From: Phycisphaerales bacterium
Lineage (GTDB): Bacteria > Planctomycetota > Phycisphaerae > Phycisphaerales > UBA1924
NCBI GenBank assembly: GCA_965228685.1
Contig: CBDDIA010000001.1
Location: 549-64,548, forward strand
Direction: 5' to 3'
DNA: 64,000 bases
Part shown: positions 1-9,572 of the stretch, piece by piece
How the letters are laid out: every line of letters starts with the position of its first letter
How positions within the stretch are numbered: position 1 is the stretch's first letter
Notes under the pieces: generated by a model
The model's database searches: none
Seen by the model: only the letters and a program-made list of their open reading frames with translations
Told to the model about the DNA's origin: nothing
Position numbers and translations under genes: made by a program

Positions 1-572
1 CGGGTGTCCCTGGATGATCTCGGTGAGCTCACGGAACGCCTGCTTATCGAGCTTATCGATCGCCTTGTCACGGGCGACGATCTCCTTTGCTGCCTCTGGA
101 TCAACATCGATCATCGCCCTGACGAGTTCTCGCACATGACGGGGACGCGCTGCATCATCTCGAGCATCGCTTGGGGCCAGACCAGGTCCGTATCGCGGAG
201 CTTCTTGCTGATCTTCGCCATCGACGCGGCGTGGTCCGCGAGGCGCTCGATGTCTGAGTTGACCTTCAAACAGAAGGTGAGCAGGCGAAAGTCCGAGCCG
301 AAGGGCTGCTGGAGCGCGAGGATCCGGAAGCACTCTACCTCGATGCGAACCTCCTCCTGATCGATTTCACGCTCGATCTCGCGGATCTCGGAAACCTGCT
401 CATCGGACGACCCACGGAGGATGTTGATTGATTGCGCGAGCAGATCGGTTGCCCGCGACGCTTCACGGATGAGCCGACGGCGAAGCGCCGCGAGCTCATG
501 ATCGAGTTGGATGTCATTCGCAACTCGGATCGGGGCAGTGGGTTTCTGATCGTTCGCATTGGAATCGGGCAT
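1..572 (-). pseudogene. phoU: PhoU-family phosphate-signalling regulator with a broken reading frame; 3' end runs off the left edge of the window
   Basis: ORF 111..704 (likely ATG at 572, MPDSNAN...) gives PhoU repeat 1 (FRLLTFCLKVNSDIERLADHAASMAKI) and the start of repeat 2 (MLEMMQRVPVM), then hits TGA at 111-113. Repeat 2 continues in a different minus-strand frame from base 120 down to base 1 (RAMIDVDPEAAKEIVARDKAIDKLDKQAFRELTEIIQGHP). Confidence 0.7.
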
Positions 573-717
573 TGCTCGTCCTTGGGGTCTAAAAGAGCTC
601 CGGGCTCCGCCCGGGTGAATCATACAGTGTAGCACGGAACCCTGTCGGCTGCAAAGTATGGACGCAAGCCACGCCCGGGGCAGGAGTTGAGGGCGCACGA
701 ACATGAAAGCTTAACAT

Positions 718-3700
718 TCAGGCTCGTGCGGGTTGTCCACTTTCGAACCAATCAAGCAGCAGCTTGGCCCGTTGCACCGGGGAGTTTGGCGGCGCGTCGG
801 GTCGGATGTAGATCTCGCACATCGCCCCGCCCGAGCTCGTCCGCGCATTGGTCTGCACGAGCTGCCCCTCCACGACACGGACATTCGCGGGCGCACCCGC
901 GAGACACTCGCGGGCGTGATCCGGGGCGGAGGAGAGGGCGACAATGTCCTTCTCCCGCAGCCCGATCGAGCGGATGTGCAGCGTCTGACACGCCGCCCGG
1001 ACGCGGGCGCGGAGGATCAGACGCCGGACCAGCTCGGGCGGATCGGAATAGGCGCTGGTGATGTCCGCGACGACCAGGTCGATCTGTTCCTGGGTGCGGG
1101 CCGTCGCGAGTCGGCGGTAGACCTCGATCCGGCGGGTGTCGCTCGGGATGTAGGCCTTGGGGATGTACCCGAAGACCCCGATGTCTACGGAGGTGTGCTC
1201 GATCTGCTCGGGGACGCCGTCGTTGGTGAGCTTGTGCACCGTCTGTTCGAGGAGCTGGCAGTACATCTCGTACCCCACCGCCGCGATGTGCCCGGACTGT
1301 TCCGCACCCAAGAGGTTCCCCGCGCCGCGGATCTCCAGGTCCCGCATCGCGATCTTGAACCCCGCGCCGAGCATCGAGTATTCCTCGATCGCTTTGAGCC
1401 GCTTCTGAGCGACTTCCTTGACCGTTCGATCTTCAGGAAGCAGCAGGTAGCAGTACGCGCGATGGTGCGAGCGCCCGACGCGCCCTCGGAGCTGGTGCAG
1501 TTCCGACAACCCGAACCGGTCCGCGTCGTTGATGATCATGGTGTTGGCGGTCGGGATGTCGATGCCCGATTCGATGATCGTCGTCGAGACGAGCACATCG
1601 GCGCGGCGCGACATGAACTCCATCATGACCTTCTCGAGATCGTGCGGGTTCATCTGTCCGTGCCCGATGATGATGTTCGCGTCCGGAACCAATCGGCGGA
1701 TGTTGTCCGCGACGCTCTCGATGTTGTGCACCCGATTGTGCACGAAGTACACCTGCCCCTCGCGTGCCAGCTCGCGCTGAATCGCTCGCGCGATCCGGTG
1801 CGTGTTGTACGGGATCACCTCCGTCACGATCGATCTTCGATCCACCGGCGGCGTCGTCAGGCTCGAGATATCTCGCAGCCCAAGCATGGACATGTGCAGC
1901 GTCCGCGGGATCGGGGTCGCGGACAAGGTCAGCACATCGACCGTCAATCGCAGGCGCAGGAGCTTCTCTTTATGCTCGACACCGAAGCGTTGTTCTTCGT
2001 CGATGATCACCATCCCGAGTTCCGCGAATCGCACATCGTCCGACAACAACCGGTGCGTCCCCACTACTACATCGACGCGTCCGAGTGCGAGGTCCTTGAG
2101 CGTCTGACGGATCTCCGCGGGTGTCTTGAATCGCGATAACGAATCGACCCGGAACGGGTAGTCCGCGAACCGGTTGCGGAAGGTCCGCTCGTGCTGCTCC
2201 GCGAGCACGGTTGTCGGGACAAGCACCGCGACCTGACGCCCAGCTTCCACCGCTTTAAACGCCGCCCGGATCGCGAGCTCGGTCTTGCCGAAACCCACAT
2301 CGCCGCAGATCAGGCGATCCATCGGGCGGGTGGATTGCATGTCCTTCTTGATCTCGATCATCGCCGCGAGCTGATCTTCCGTCTCGTCGTAGGGGAACTC
2401 GGCTTCGAACTCCTGGAACATCGGGGTGTCGCTCGGGTAGTTGAACCCCGGTACATGCTCACGCGCCGCGCGAACCCGGAGCATCTCACTCGCGAGGTCC
2501 TTGACGGACTCGGAAACACGCTCCTTCTGGGCTTTCCATTTCTTACCGCCGATCGAGCTCAGGGGGGGCTTGCCCTTGAACCCGCCGACATACTTCTGCA
2601 CCAGATCGATCTGCGAGCACGGCACATGCAACCGGCTGCGACCCGCGAACTCCAGCGTCAGGTACTCCTCCTGATCTTCTTTCCGCTTCTTTGCCTTGGT
2701 CGGATTGATCGTGTACTTGTCGCGTGTCTTCGCGGTACCCGACGCGTCCATGACCGTGAGCCCGAGAAACTTCGCGATCCCGTGTTCAGCGTGCACGACA
2801 CATAATCGTCCTGCTGGATATCCAGGAAGGTATCCATCGTGCGCCCAGCGCGGATCTTCTGCATCCGTCGCCGGACACTCGAACGATGGAGCATCTGCCC
2901 CGCGGGCACCAGCGCGTAGCGCCCGATCCCCGCGCCCTCGTCGCTGCCGGACCAGATATACCCGCGCCGGATATCAATGATCTCGCGCCGGATATCGATC
3001 CCCGGCGCGTGCAGCGTGAGCAACTCGCCCAATCGCGCGTACTCACCATCTGAACCACACGCGAGGATGATTGTCTCGACTCGGTCCTTAAGCTCCGCGA
3101 GTTCCTTGATTGCGATCGAAACTTCCTTATCGAACGGCGGCAAGGTCTCAACAGGGAGATCGACGAGCGCGTCCGCGCCGGACTTGCCCGCGGAGAACTG
3201 GTTCACCTCGCACAGCGCGTGGAACCGTGTCTCGAGGAGCTTGAGCACGGCAGGCGGCCCGAAGATCGCACGCCCGTCGCTGATCCGCTCGAAGTACCCA
3301 CGCCCCTGCTCGACAACCTCGAAGGTCTCCGCGAGCAGCACGATCGTGTCGCTCGAGAGGTACTCGAGCACGGACTTGTCAGCGCTCGTTGCTTTGAGCG
3401 TCACCTCGCCCGCAGCACCGAGCAAGGCGCGTTCGATCTTGCGATCGGACCCCATCGTGTCCAGATCGATCTCGGCGATGGTGTCGAGCTCGTCGCCGAA
3501 GAAATCGAGACGCACGGGGATAGGTTCGCCACCGCCGCCCGAAGTTGGGTAGATGTCGATGATCCCGCCTCGAGACGCGAACTGCCCGGGATACTCGATG
3601 GTGTCCATCCGCTCGTACCCTGCGCTGACGAGCCAATCGATCAGGGCTTGGGGTTCGATGCGATCGCCCTGGTTGATCTCGCGGACGAGTTCGTCGATGC

Positions 3701-4160
3701 GCTGGGCGCTGGGGACGGGCTGCATGAGCGCCGCGATGGGCGCGATGAGGATCTCGGGGATCTGCCCCGCGCGGACCTGCGCGATCATCGCGGCCCGGTT
3801 CGCGAAGAGCTCGGCGCTGACGCTCGACTCGCCCGGCGCGAGCTCCAGCGCCGGGAAGATCTCGGACCCGCTTTGCCCCAGCGCGTGCGTCTCGGCGAGG
3901 ATGTCCTCCGCCTCATCAAGGTGGGCACACACGATCAGAACAGGGCGTTTGGTCTGGCGGCGCAGGGCTGAGGACAGCGCCGAGATCGATGCGCCCACGG
4001 ACCCCGTCGCGATCGAGCGCTGACCCGCGTCGAGCCCCTTCGCGAGGGACTTGAACGATGTGTCCGCAATGATCGGGGTCAGGAGGTCCAAGCGTGGTGC
4101 TTTCCGCGCATGCGCGTACCCGTGCCCGAGAGATGCGACGCGCACCGCCCTGACACGCAT
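718..4160 (-). pseudogene. mfd: Transcription-repair coupling factor Mfd, split into two ORFs by a frame break at 2797-2798
   Basis: ORF 2658..4160 is the UvrB-homology N-terminal half, ending ...FLDIQQDDYV. ORF 718..2796 starts (V)HAEHGIAKFLGL (RNAP-interaction/CarD-like domain) and carries helicase motifs GDVGFGKTE, DEEQRFG, SATPIPRT and QLRGRVGR. The minus strand reads GAT TAT GTG tc GTG CAC, i.e. two extra bases (or one missing) inside the conserved DYVVH motif. Confidence 0.9.
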
Positions 4161-4195
4161 GGTTTGTGTTGTCTGGAGTGTATCCGACCCGAGTG

Positions 4196-4612
4196 TTATC
4201 CGCCCGATTCGCCGAGCGTGATGAGGGATCGCATCTTCTCAAGGGTGCGGGGTCCGATCCCACTCACTTTGGTCAGATCCTCGATTCGGGTGAACATGCC
4301 ATGCTCATTGCGATGATCGATGATCCGTTGACCTAGCGCCGGACCGATCCCAGGGAGCAGATCGAGCTCGCTCAGGGACGCGTCGTTGACATTGATCAAT
4401 CGAACCGCGCTGGGGGTTGGGGTCTCCGCGACGGCGATGCCCTGATTGTCGGATTCAAGCGTAACCAACCTCGGCGCGGGGTCCGCACGCAACTCACGCG
4501 AGAGCGACACCCCCATCGTCGCCAACGATGCGACACCGAGCACCGAGGCGGCAAACAGGGCGCTGGGACGGCTGGCCCAATCACTCCCTTTTTCTGACGC
4601 CCTGCTCGACAT
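4196..4612 (-). CDS. comEA: ComEA-like helix-hairpin-helix DNA-binding protein with N-terminal membrane anchor
   Basis: 138 aa. Hydrophobic N-terminus (ALFAASVLGVASLATMGV). C-terminal tandem HhH (INVNDASLSELDLLPGIGPALGQRIIDHRNEHGMFTRIEDLTKVSGIGPRTLEKM). Confidence 0.75.
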   Translation of the reverse strand: MSSRASEKGSDWASRPSALFAASVLGVASLATMGVSLSRELRADPAPRLVTLESDNQGIAVAETPTPSAVRLINVNDASLSELDLLPGIGPALGQRIIDHRNEHGMFTRIEDLTKVSGIGPRTLEKMRSLITLGESGG

Positions 4613-4624
4613 CGTGACCCGTCC

Positions 4625-6340
4625 TTATGCGTTTGTGCTCGCCGTCTCGGTCACCGCATCGCGTTCGAGCACGGACGCCTCGAGCCCGCTGGGGAGGCGC
4701 TGATCGATGATCGATGTACGAAGATCTCGGAACCGAGTCATCGCTGGGCGTGATTCCATCCGTCGATCGAGCAATCCGCCCGTCCGCATCTCCGTCGATC
4801 CTGCGGGGTCTGCGAGCTCGTGCCAGCACACCGTTTCGACATAGGGTTTGGACATCGCGAGCGCTGCGTACGACGCGAGCCACTCCGCTTGTCGTTGATC
4901 GTTCCACAGCCCGCGCCACGAGCCCGGCTGGGCGTAGCGCTCGGGGTGCTCGCTCGGGGACAATGGCCCGCTCGGGCATCCGAGCCCCGAGATCGAGATC
5001 GGGCGATCGAGCATCGCGTACTGATCGAGCATCGAGGAGAATGCCATCAGATCTCGCGTGTCCTGACCCGATCGGTACGAGCCCATCTGCACCCGCAAGG
5101 AGAACGCGTCAATCGGTATACCTGATTGCGTGAGCATCTCTGCATAGAGCAGCGGCGGGAGCGACTTGCGATCGCTCGTGTGGTACCCGCCCCAAGGCTG
5201 GACAATCTCCACCTGCACGCGGGCGCGCGGGTGGAGCTTACGGACCACGAGCACGCAGATGCGTGTGAGATCGATCATCTGCTGAAAATCGAGCTTGAAG
5301 TGCTCGCCGCAGTGCAGACCCGAGCACACGGTCCATCGGCTGACGGTCCTCCGGTACCGGGTGACGACGGCTTTCATGTGCTCGTACACGAGATCGCGGA
5401 GGGTCTCGTAATCGTTCTCCCAGATATACAACCACTCGGGGACACAGTGCGGGCGAAAGTCGATCACCGGGCCGGCAACCACGGGGAGTTTGGCCTGACG
5501 GATCGCCCATTCGATCCATCGATCCGTCGGCGTGTACGCGTACTCGCCTTCGATGGGTTCCATCTCAATCCATCGCATCGGAACATTGATGAAGTCCGTG
5601 CCCACAGAGAGCGCGTTCTTGGTCTGATCCGAGAGCACGCTGGGCGACACGCTTACGCCCAGCGCCGGGCGGGTCGGGAGCACCACCCCCCCACGCCCGG
5701 GGTGCAGCACGGGCATCGATTTCTTGACGCTCAGCCCGTCCTCCGCGATGCTTTCGTACAACGACCCGTCTTGGCGTGAGGCAAGGTCCGCCCGGGCTTG
5801 TCGCAGAGCGAGTCGCTCGGTCGCATCCACCGCGATCCAGAGCGCGATCATCCCAAGGCGTGAGGTCTCATCTTGGGCATCTGGGCTGCTCGAACGAACC
5901 AGCGCTTGGGTAAAGATGGTGCGTGCCGCATCGAGCAGACGCATCTCGATGGAGTCCTCGGGGAGTTCGAAGATCTGCCACTCTTCGAGTTTGGTCTGGA
6001 AGAGCATGATGCGATGACGCGCGAGCTCGAGCGAGAGCGTGTACGGGCGATCCCGATCCGGGAGCAGACAGGTCTGCAGCGTCAGCACCCCGAGCGGGCG
6101 CAGACGGATGTCATCGATGATCGGTTCGTTGTGGTTGAGGGTGCGGAGCCGGTGCGCGTCCAGATCGATCTGGATAGCGACGGCCGCGGCCTCGCGGGTA
6201 CCCTTCTCACAACGGATCAGGTTGTCCTCGAAAACCACCTCGCCGGCGATCGGTACGGAGTCCGGGCCGATGAGGTACGCGCCCGGGAGCACTCGCTGCG
6301 CCATCGGGTTCAGGTTGTGCGGGGCAATGAATCGCAGCAT
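4625..6340 (-). CDS. TIM-barrel glycoside-hydrolase-like protein (distantly GH10-like), function unknown
   Basis: Long ORF 4625..6550. The start at 6340 (MLRFIAPHN) is preferred because upstream codons overlap purC. The central region WIEMEPIEGEYAYTPTDRWIEWA...VPEWLYIW...VVTRYRRTVSRWTVCSG resembles the GH10 layout (W..iEP..G.y....D......P.W......v..Y......W.V.NE), but the NE acid/base pair is not evident. Confidence 0.4.
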   Translation of the reverse strand: MLRFIAPHNLNPMAQRVLPGAYLIGPDSVPIAGEVVFEDNLIRCEKGTREAAAVAIQIDLDAHRLRTLNHNEPIIDDIRLRPLGVLTLQTCLLPDRDRPYTLSLELARHRIMLFQTKLEEWQIFELPEDSIEMRLLDAARTIFTQALVRSSSPDAQDETSRLGMIALWIAVDATERLALRQARADLASRQDGSLYESIAEDGLSVKKSMPVLHPGRGGVVLPTRPALGVSVSPSVLSDQTKNALSVGTDFINVPMRWIEMEPIEGEYAYTPTDRWIEWAIRQAKLPVVAGPVIDFRPHCVPEWLYIWENDYETLRDLVYEHMKAVVTRYRRTVSRWTVCSGLHCGEHFKLDFQQMIDLTRICVLVVRKLHPRARVQVEIVQPWGGYHTSDRKSLPPLLYAEMLTQSGIPIDAFSLRVQMGSYRSGQDTRDLMAFSSMLDQYAMLDRPISISGLGCPSGPLSPSEHPERYAQPGSWRGLWNDQRQAEWLASYAALAMSKPYVETVCWHELADPAGSTEMRTGGLLDRRMESRPAMTRFRDLRTSIIDQRLPSGLEASVLERDAVTETASTNA

Positions 6341-6474
6341 GGAACTCAGATCATCTCCGTCCGTCCGATCCCGGACGGTACCCCATAGGATATAAGATCC
6401 ACGCATCCCGGGCGAGCGAATCGCCCGATCGGAGACCGAATTCCGAGCGCATCGGGACACGAAACCGACGCGGG

Positions 6475-7515
6475 ATGCTATCGTTGGGGGTGAGCACCAA
6501 CGCACCCACCCACGAATCGCACGATGATCGTTTGTCGGAACTCGGGCCACCTGTTTTCAGGACCGATCTGCGGCTTCCAGATTATCGTGCCGGCAAGGTC
6601 CGCGACACCTACACCATCCCGGCGCACGATGATGACTTTGGGCATCCTGTCCCGCCGACGATGCTCATGGTTGCCTCGGATCGCATCTCCGCGTTCGATG
6701 TCATCATGCCGACCCCGATCCCGGGCAAGGGGCGATTGCTCACGGAGATCGCGGCGTTCTGGTTGCGTTGGATCGAGGACCAGGGGCTCTCGCCAACGCA
6801 CCTGATCGGGACGGAAACGGACCTGATCCCGGAAGAGGCGTTCACCAAGAACACCCCCCGTGAGGTGCTCGAGGGACGCGTGACGATCGGGCGCCTGTGC
6901 AAGGTGATCCCCGTCGAGTGCGTCGTGCGTGGGTACCTTGAGGGCTCGGGGCTCAAAGAGTACAACGAGACGGGGCGGGTGTGCGGGATCCAGCTCCCCG
7001 AGGGGCTCGTGCAATGCGACAAGCTTCCCGAGCCTATCTTCACCCCCGCGACCAAGGCCGAGTCCGGGCACGACGAGAACATCAGCTACGAGCAGGCGAT
7101 CGAGCATGTTGAGCACCTGGGCGGCGAGACGCTCATGGATCGACTCCGCGAGCGATCACTCAATATCTATGAAGCCGCGAGCGCGTATGCGCAGGATCAC
7201 GGGATCATCCTCGCGGATACCAAGTTCGAGTTCGGGCTCCCGATCGATGAGGACGGGCGGGTCACGAGCCATGACCCGATCCTGATCGACGAAGCGCTGA
7301 CCCCCGATTCTTCGAGGTTCTGGCCGGCCAACGAGTACAAGCCCGGTCGAGCACAGAAGAGCTTCGACAAGCAGTTCCTGCGTGAGTACCTCGAGATCCT
7401 CACCAAGTCGGGCAAGTGGGACAAGACCCCGCCCGGCCCGAATCTCCCTGCGGAGGTGGTGCTAGGCACCTACGAACGGTACCAGAGCGCACGCGATCTG
7501 CTCGTGGGTCAGTAA
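6475..7515 (+). CDS. purC: Phosphoribosylaminoimidazole-succinocarboxamide (SAICAR) synthase, long form
   Basis: 346 aa. GKVRDTYTI, MVASDRISAFDVIMPTPIPGKGRLLT, VVRGYLEGSG, ILADTKFEFG, DEALTPDSSRFW. The exact start (ATG 6475 or a downstream GTG) is uncertain. Confidence 0.9.
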   Translation: MLSLGVSTNAPTHESHDDRLSELGPPVFRTDLRLPDYRAGKVRDTYTIPAHDDDFGHPVPPTMLMVASDRISAFDVIMPTPIPGKGRLLTEIAAFWLRWIEDQGLSPTHLIGTETDLIPEEAFTKNTPREVLEGRVTIGRLCKVIPVECVVRGYLEGSGLKEYNETGRVCGIQLPEGLVQCDKLPEPIFTPATKAESGHDENISYEQAIEHVEHLGGETLMDRLRERSLNIYEAASAYAQDHGIILADTKFEFGLPIDEDGRVTSHDPILIDEALTPDSSRFWPANEYKPGRAQKSFDKQFLREYLEILTKSGKWDKTPPGPNLPAEVVLGTYERYQSARDLLVGQ

Positions 7516-7562
7516 GCATCTCTCAGATCAAACATCTGGCATGACGCCGGGGGTAATCAGGC

Positions 7563-9557
7563 TTAGTCCTTAATCACGCCCTCGACGCTGTTCTCGTCGC
7601 GCTGGTCGATCTTGATCTTGTAGATCTCGCGATGGCGTTCCATGCCCTCGGGCTCGGGGAAGGCCTGGGCAAAGTTTACATCGATGTTCCCGAGCTTGTG
7701 CTGCTCATCGATGAAGGCCTTGAACCGGATCACGAGGGTGTCGTAGGCGTACCGCTGCAGGTCCTTGGGTGCGTTCCCGTACAGGAGTTCCGCCTCGTCG
7801 AAGGGGAGTCGCGCGACGGTGTTGGCGAATGTGTTGCCCGCGTGGAACGGGAAGTCTCGGTCCATGAACTCCATGCGGGCGGTGTTTGCGCCCGCGACCA
7901 CATTGCGGAACTGCTCCTTAAAGAAGGCCGCGTGCGCTTTGCGGGCGTACTCCCACATCCCGTTGAATGTCTCGATGTCGCCCGCGAGCAGTCCCTGATA
8001 GAAGGCGCCCTGGAGTGCGCCGTCGACCTCGGAGACCGCGACCTGGGGCGAGCCCATCGAGTCGTAGATCATCTTGTCCGCGAACTCTTCGAGCGTCAGA
8101 GAGAACTCATAGGTGACGGTCGTATCGTTGATATTGATCCCCTCCCAGTTGCGGAGCTGACTGAACCAGTACTCCGCCTGGTCGATGTCGCCGCGTCGGA
8201 AGAAGAATCGAACCGCGTCACGCAGGAAGTTCATGTATCCAGCAGAGAACTGGCGATACGCGCGCCGCTCTGCTTCGAACAGGCCCGAAGCGACCGTGAC
8301 CTCTTCGAGCATTGCGCCGTAACTAGGCACGAAGTACGGGTTCGGGACGCCCTGGTAGTACGCTGCGCGATTCTCATGGACATCAAGGTAGTTGAAGTAC
8401 AGGTCCCCAAAGCGCCAGAGGTCCTGCACGGACTGCATGACGAGCCGGTATGCGTTGACAAAGTCGAGCGACTCGGCGTTGTGCTCATTGACCTCCATGC
8501 GACCGACATCGGTCCCGCGCGAACCCCAGTACAAGGAGTGGGCCGCGGGAAGACGCCAATCGACAGGCCCGAACTTTTTGGTGACCTGGACCATCCGCAC
8601 GGGCTCCATGAAGTACTCGTCCTCGAGCACCCGCTTGCGGAGATGGTTGAGCAGATCCTGCCAGTCCTGTTTCCAAGAGCGCTCGCCCTGCTTGGGATTC
8701 TCCGGGAACCGGTCCATGATCGCGATAAACGCTTGGGTCTTCGGGCCCGACGCTTCGCGGATCCCACCAAGGCGTCCAGCAGCATCGAGCTCCGTGTGAA
8801 GCATGTACCGCTCAAGCAGTCTTCGCCCGGGCTCCTCGCCCAGTACCTGTGTATATACGCTGGCAATCTCTGCTGCGCGGGGATTCTTGTTGGCGAGCTC
8901 GCTCAAGGTCGCCGGCGCATCGACGATCGGCTGGATCCAATCCGCGTAGAGCTCGATCACGCTATCGCGATCACGATGCTCAGGGTCGATGACGGGCTTG
9001 CGCCCGAGGATATTCTGCCACTCGTACGCGAACTGGCGTTTGTAGTACTGATTGGAATCGTCCGTGAACCCCGCGACCTTGTGAAGGAAGATCCACGCGA
9101 GTTCCTTGTGCATGTGCATGTCGTTGGGGTTCGCACGGATCCCCTCGTTCCGCAGCAGCCGGATACCCGCGTTCACCCACCCCCACCGTTCCTGGGGGGT
9201 GTTTGTGGTCACGGAGATGTTGTACGCGAGGTTCCACGCGTGGAAGGTCCAGACCGCAGGCAGGCGCGGCTGCAGTCGGGTGATCATCTCCGAGAGCTTG
9301 ATCGCCTCGAAGTACTGCCCCTCTTCTTTCATCGTGGTCGCGCGCAGCCAGAGGTAGTTCACGAACACGCCGCGCAGCGCGCCCATCGCGATCCCCATCG
9401 CAACGATCGGCGGGTCGTTCTCCTCAGCGGTATCCGTGTACGAGAGCCCGTGACGCCCGGTGGACGCGGTGATCTGTACCCCGAAGACCCCGGAGCCAAC
9501 CAAGCCCGCAAGCATGAAGAGCAACGCGATTGCCCGAACTCGTGTGTGATGCACCAT
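7563..9557 (-). CDS. Conserved hypothetical protein, N-terminal membrane anchor plus large alpha-helical (TPR-like) domain; last gene of the SPFH-ABC operon
   Basis: 664-aa uninterrupted ORF, 15 nt downstream of the permease gene. N-terminal TM (AIALLFMLAGLVGSGVFGV) and a second hydrophobic segment (IVAMGIAMGALRGVFVNYLWL). I recognise no enzymatic motif. Confidence 0.55.
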   Translation of the reverse strand: MVHHTRVRAIALLFMLAGLVGSGVFGVQITASTGRHGLSYTDTAEENDPPIVAMGIAMGALRGVFVNYLWLRATTMKEEGQYFEAIKLSEMITRLQPRLPAVWTFHAWNLAYNISVTTNTPQERWGWVNAGIRLLRNEGIRANPNDMHMHKELAWIFLHKVAGFTDDSNQYYKRQFAYEWQNILGRKPVIDPEHRDRDSVIELYADWIQPIVDAPATLSELANKNPRAAEIASVYTQVLGEEPGRRLLERYMLHTELDAAGRLGGIREASGPKTQAFIAIMDRFPENPKQGERSWKQDWQDLLNHLRKRVLEDEYFMEPVRMVQVTKKFGPVDWRLPAAHSLYWGSRGTDVGRMEVNEHNAESLDFVNAYRLVMQSVQDLWRFGDLYFNYLDVHENRAAYYQGVPNPYFVPSYGAMLEEVTVASGLFEAERRAYRQFSAGYMNFLRDAVRFFFRRGDIDQAEYWFSQLRNWEGININDTTVTYEFSLTLEEFADKMIYDSMGSPQVAVSEVDGALQGAFYQGLLAGDIETFNGMWEYARKAHAAFFKEQFRNVVAGANTARMEFMDRDFPFHAGNTFANTVARLPFDEAELLYGNAPKDLQRYAYDTLVIRFKAFIDEQHKLGNIDVNFAQAFPEPEGMERHREIYKIKIDQRDENSVEGVIKD

Positions 9558-9572
9558 CGACGCGCTCCCTTC

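Noticed and set aside
733-2139. 468-aa plus-strand ORF
   Set aside because: Antisense shadow of mfd, whose helicase motifs are unambiguous. Arg/Asp-rich nonsense composition.
6341-6474. Riboswitch (purine/ZTP) upstream of purC
   Set aside because: Two hairpins are present (CCGTCCG-atcc-CGGACGG and CGGGCGA-gcgaa-TCGCCCG). I find none of the conserved ZTP (CCGCCUGGGC) or purine-riboswitch loop sequences. It is probably an ordinary divergent promoter region.
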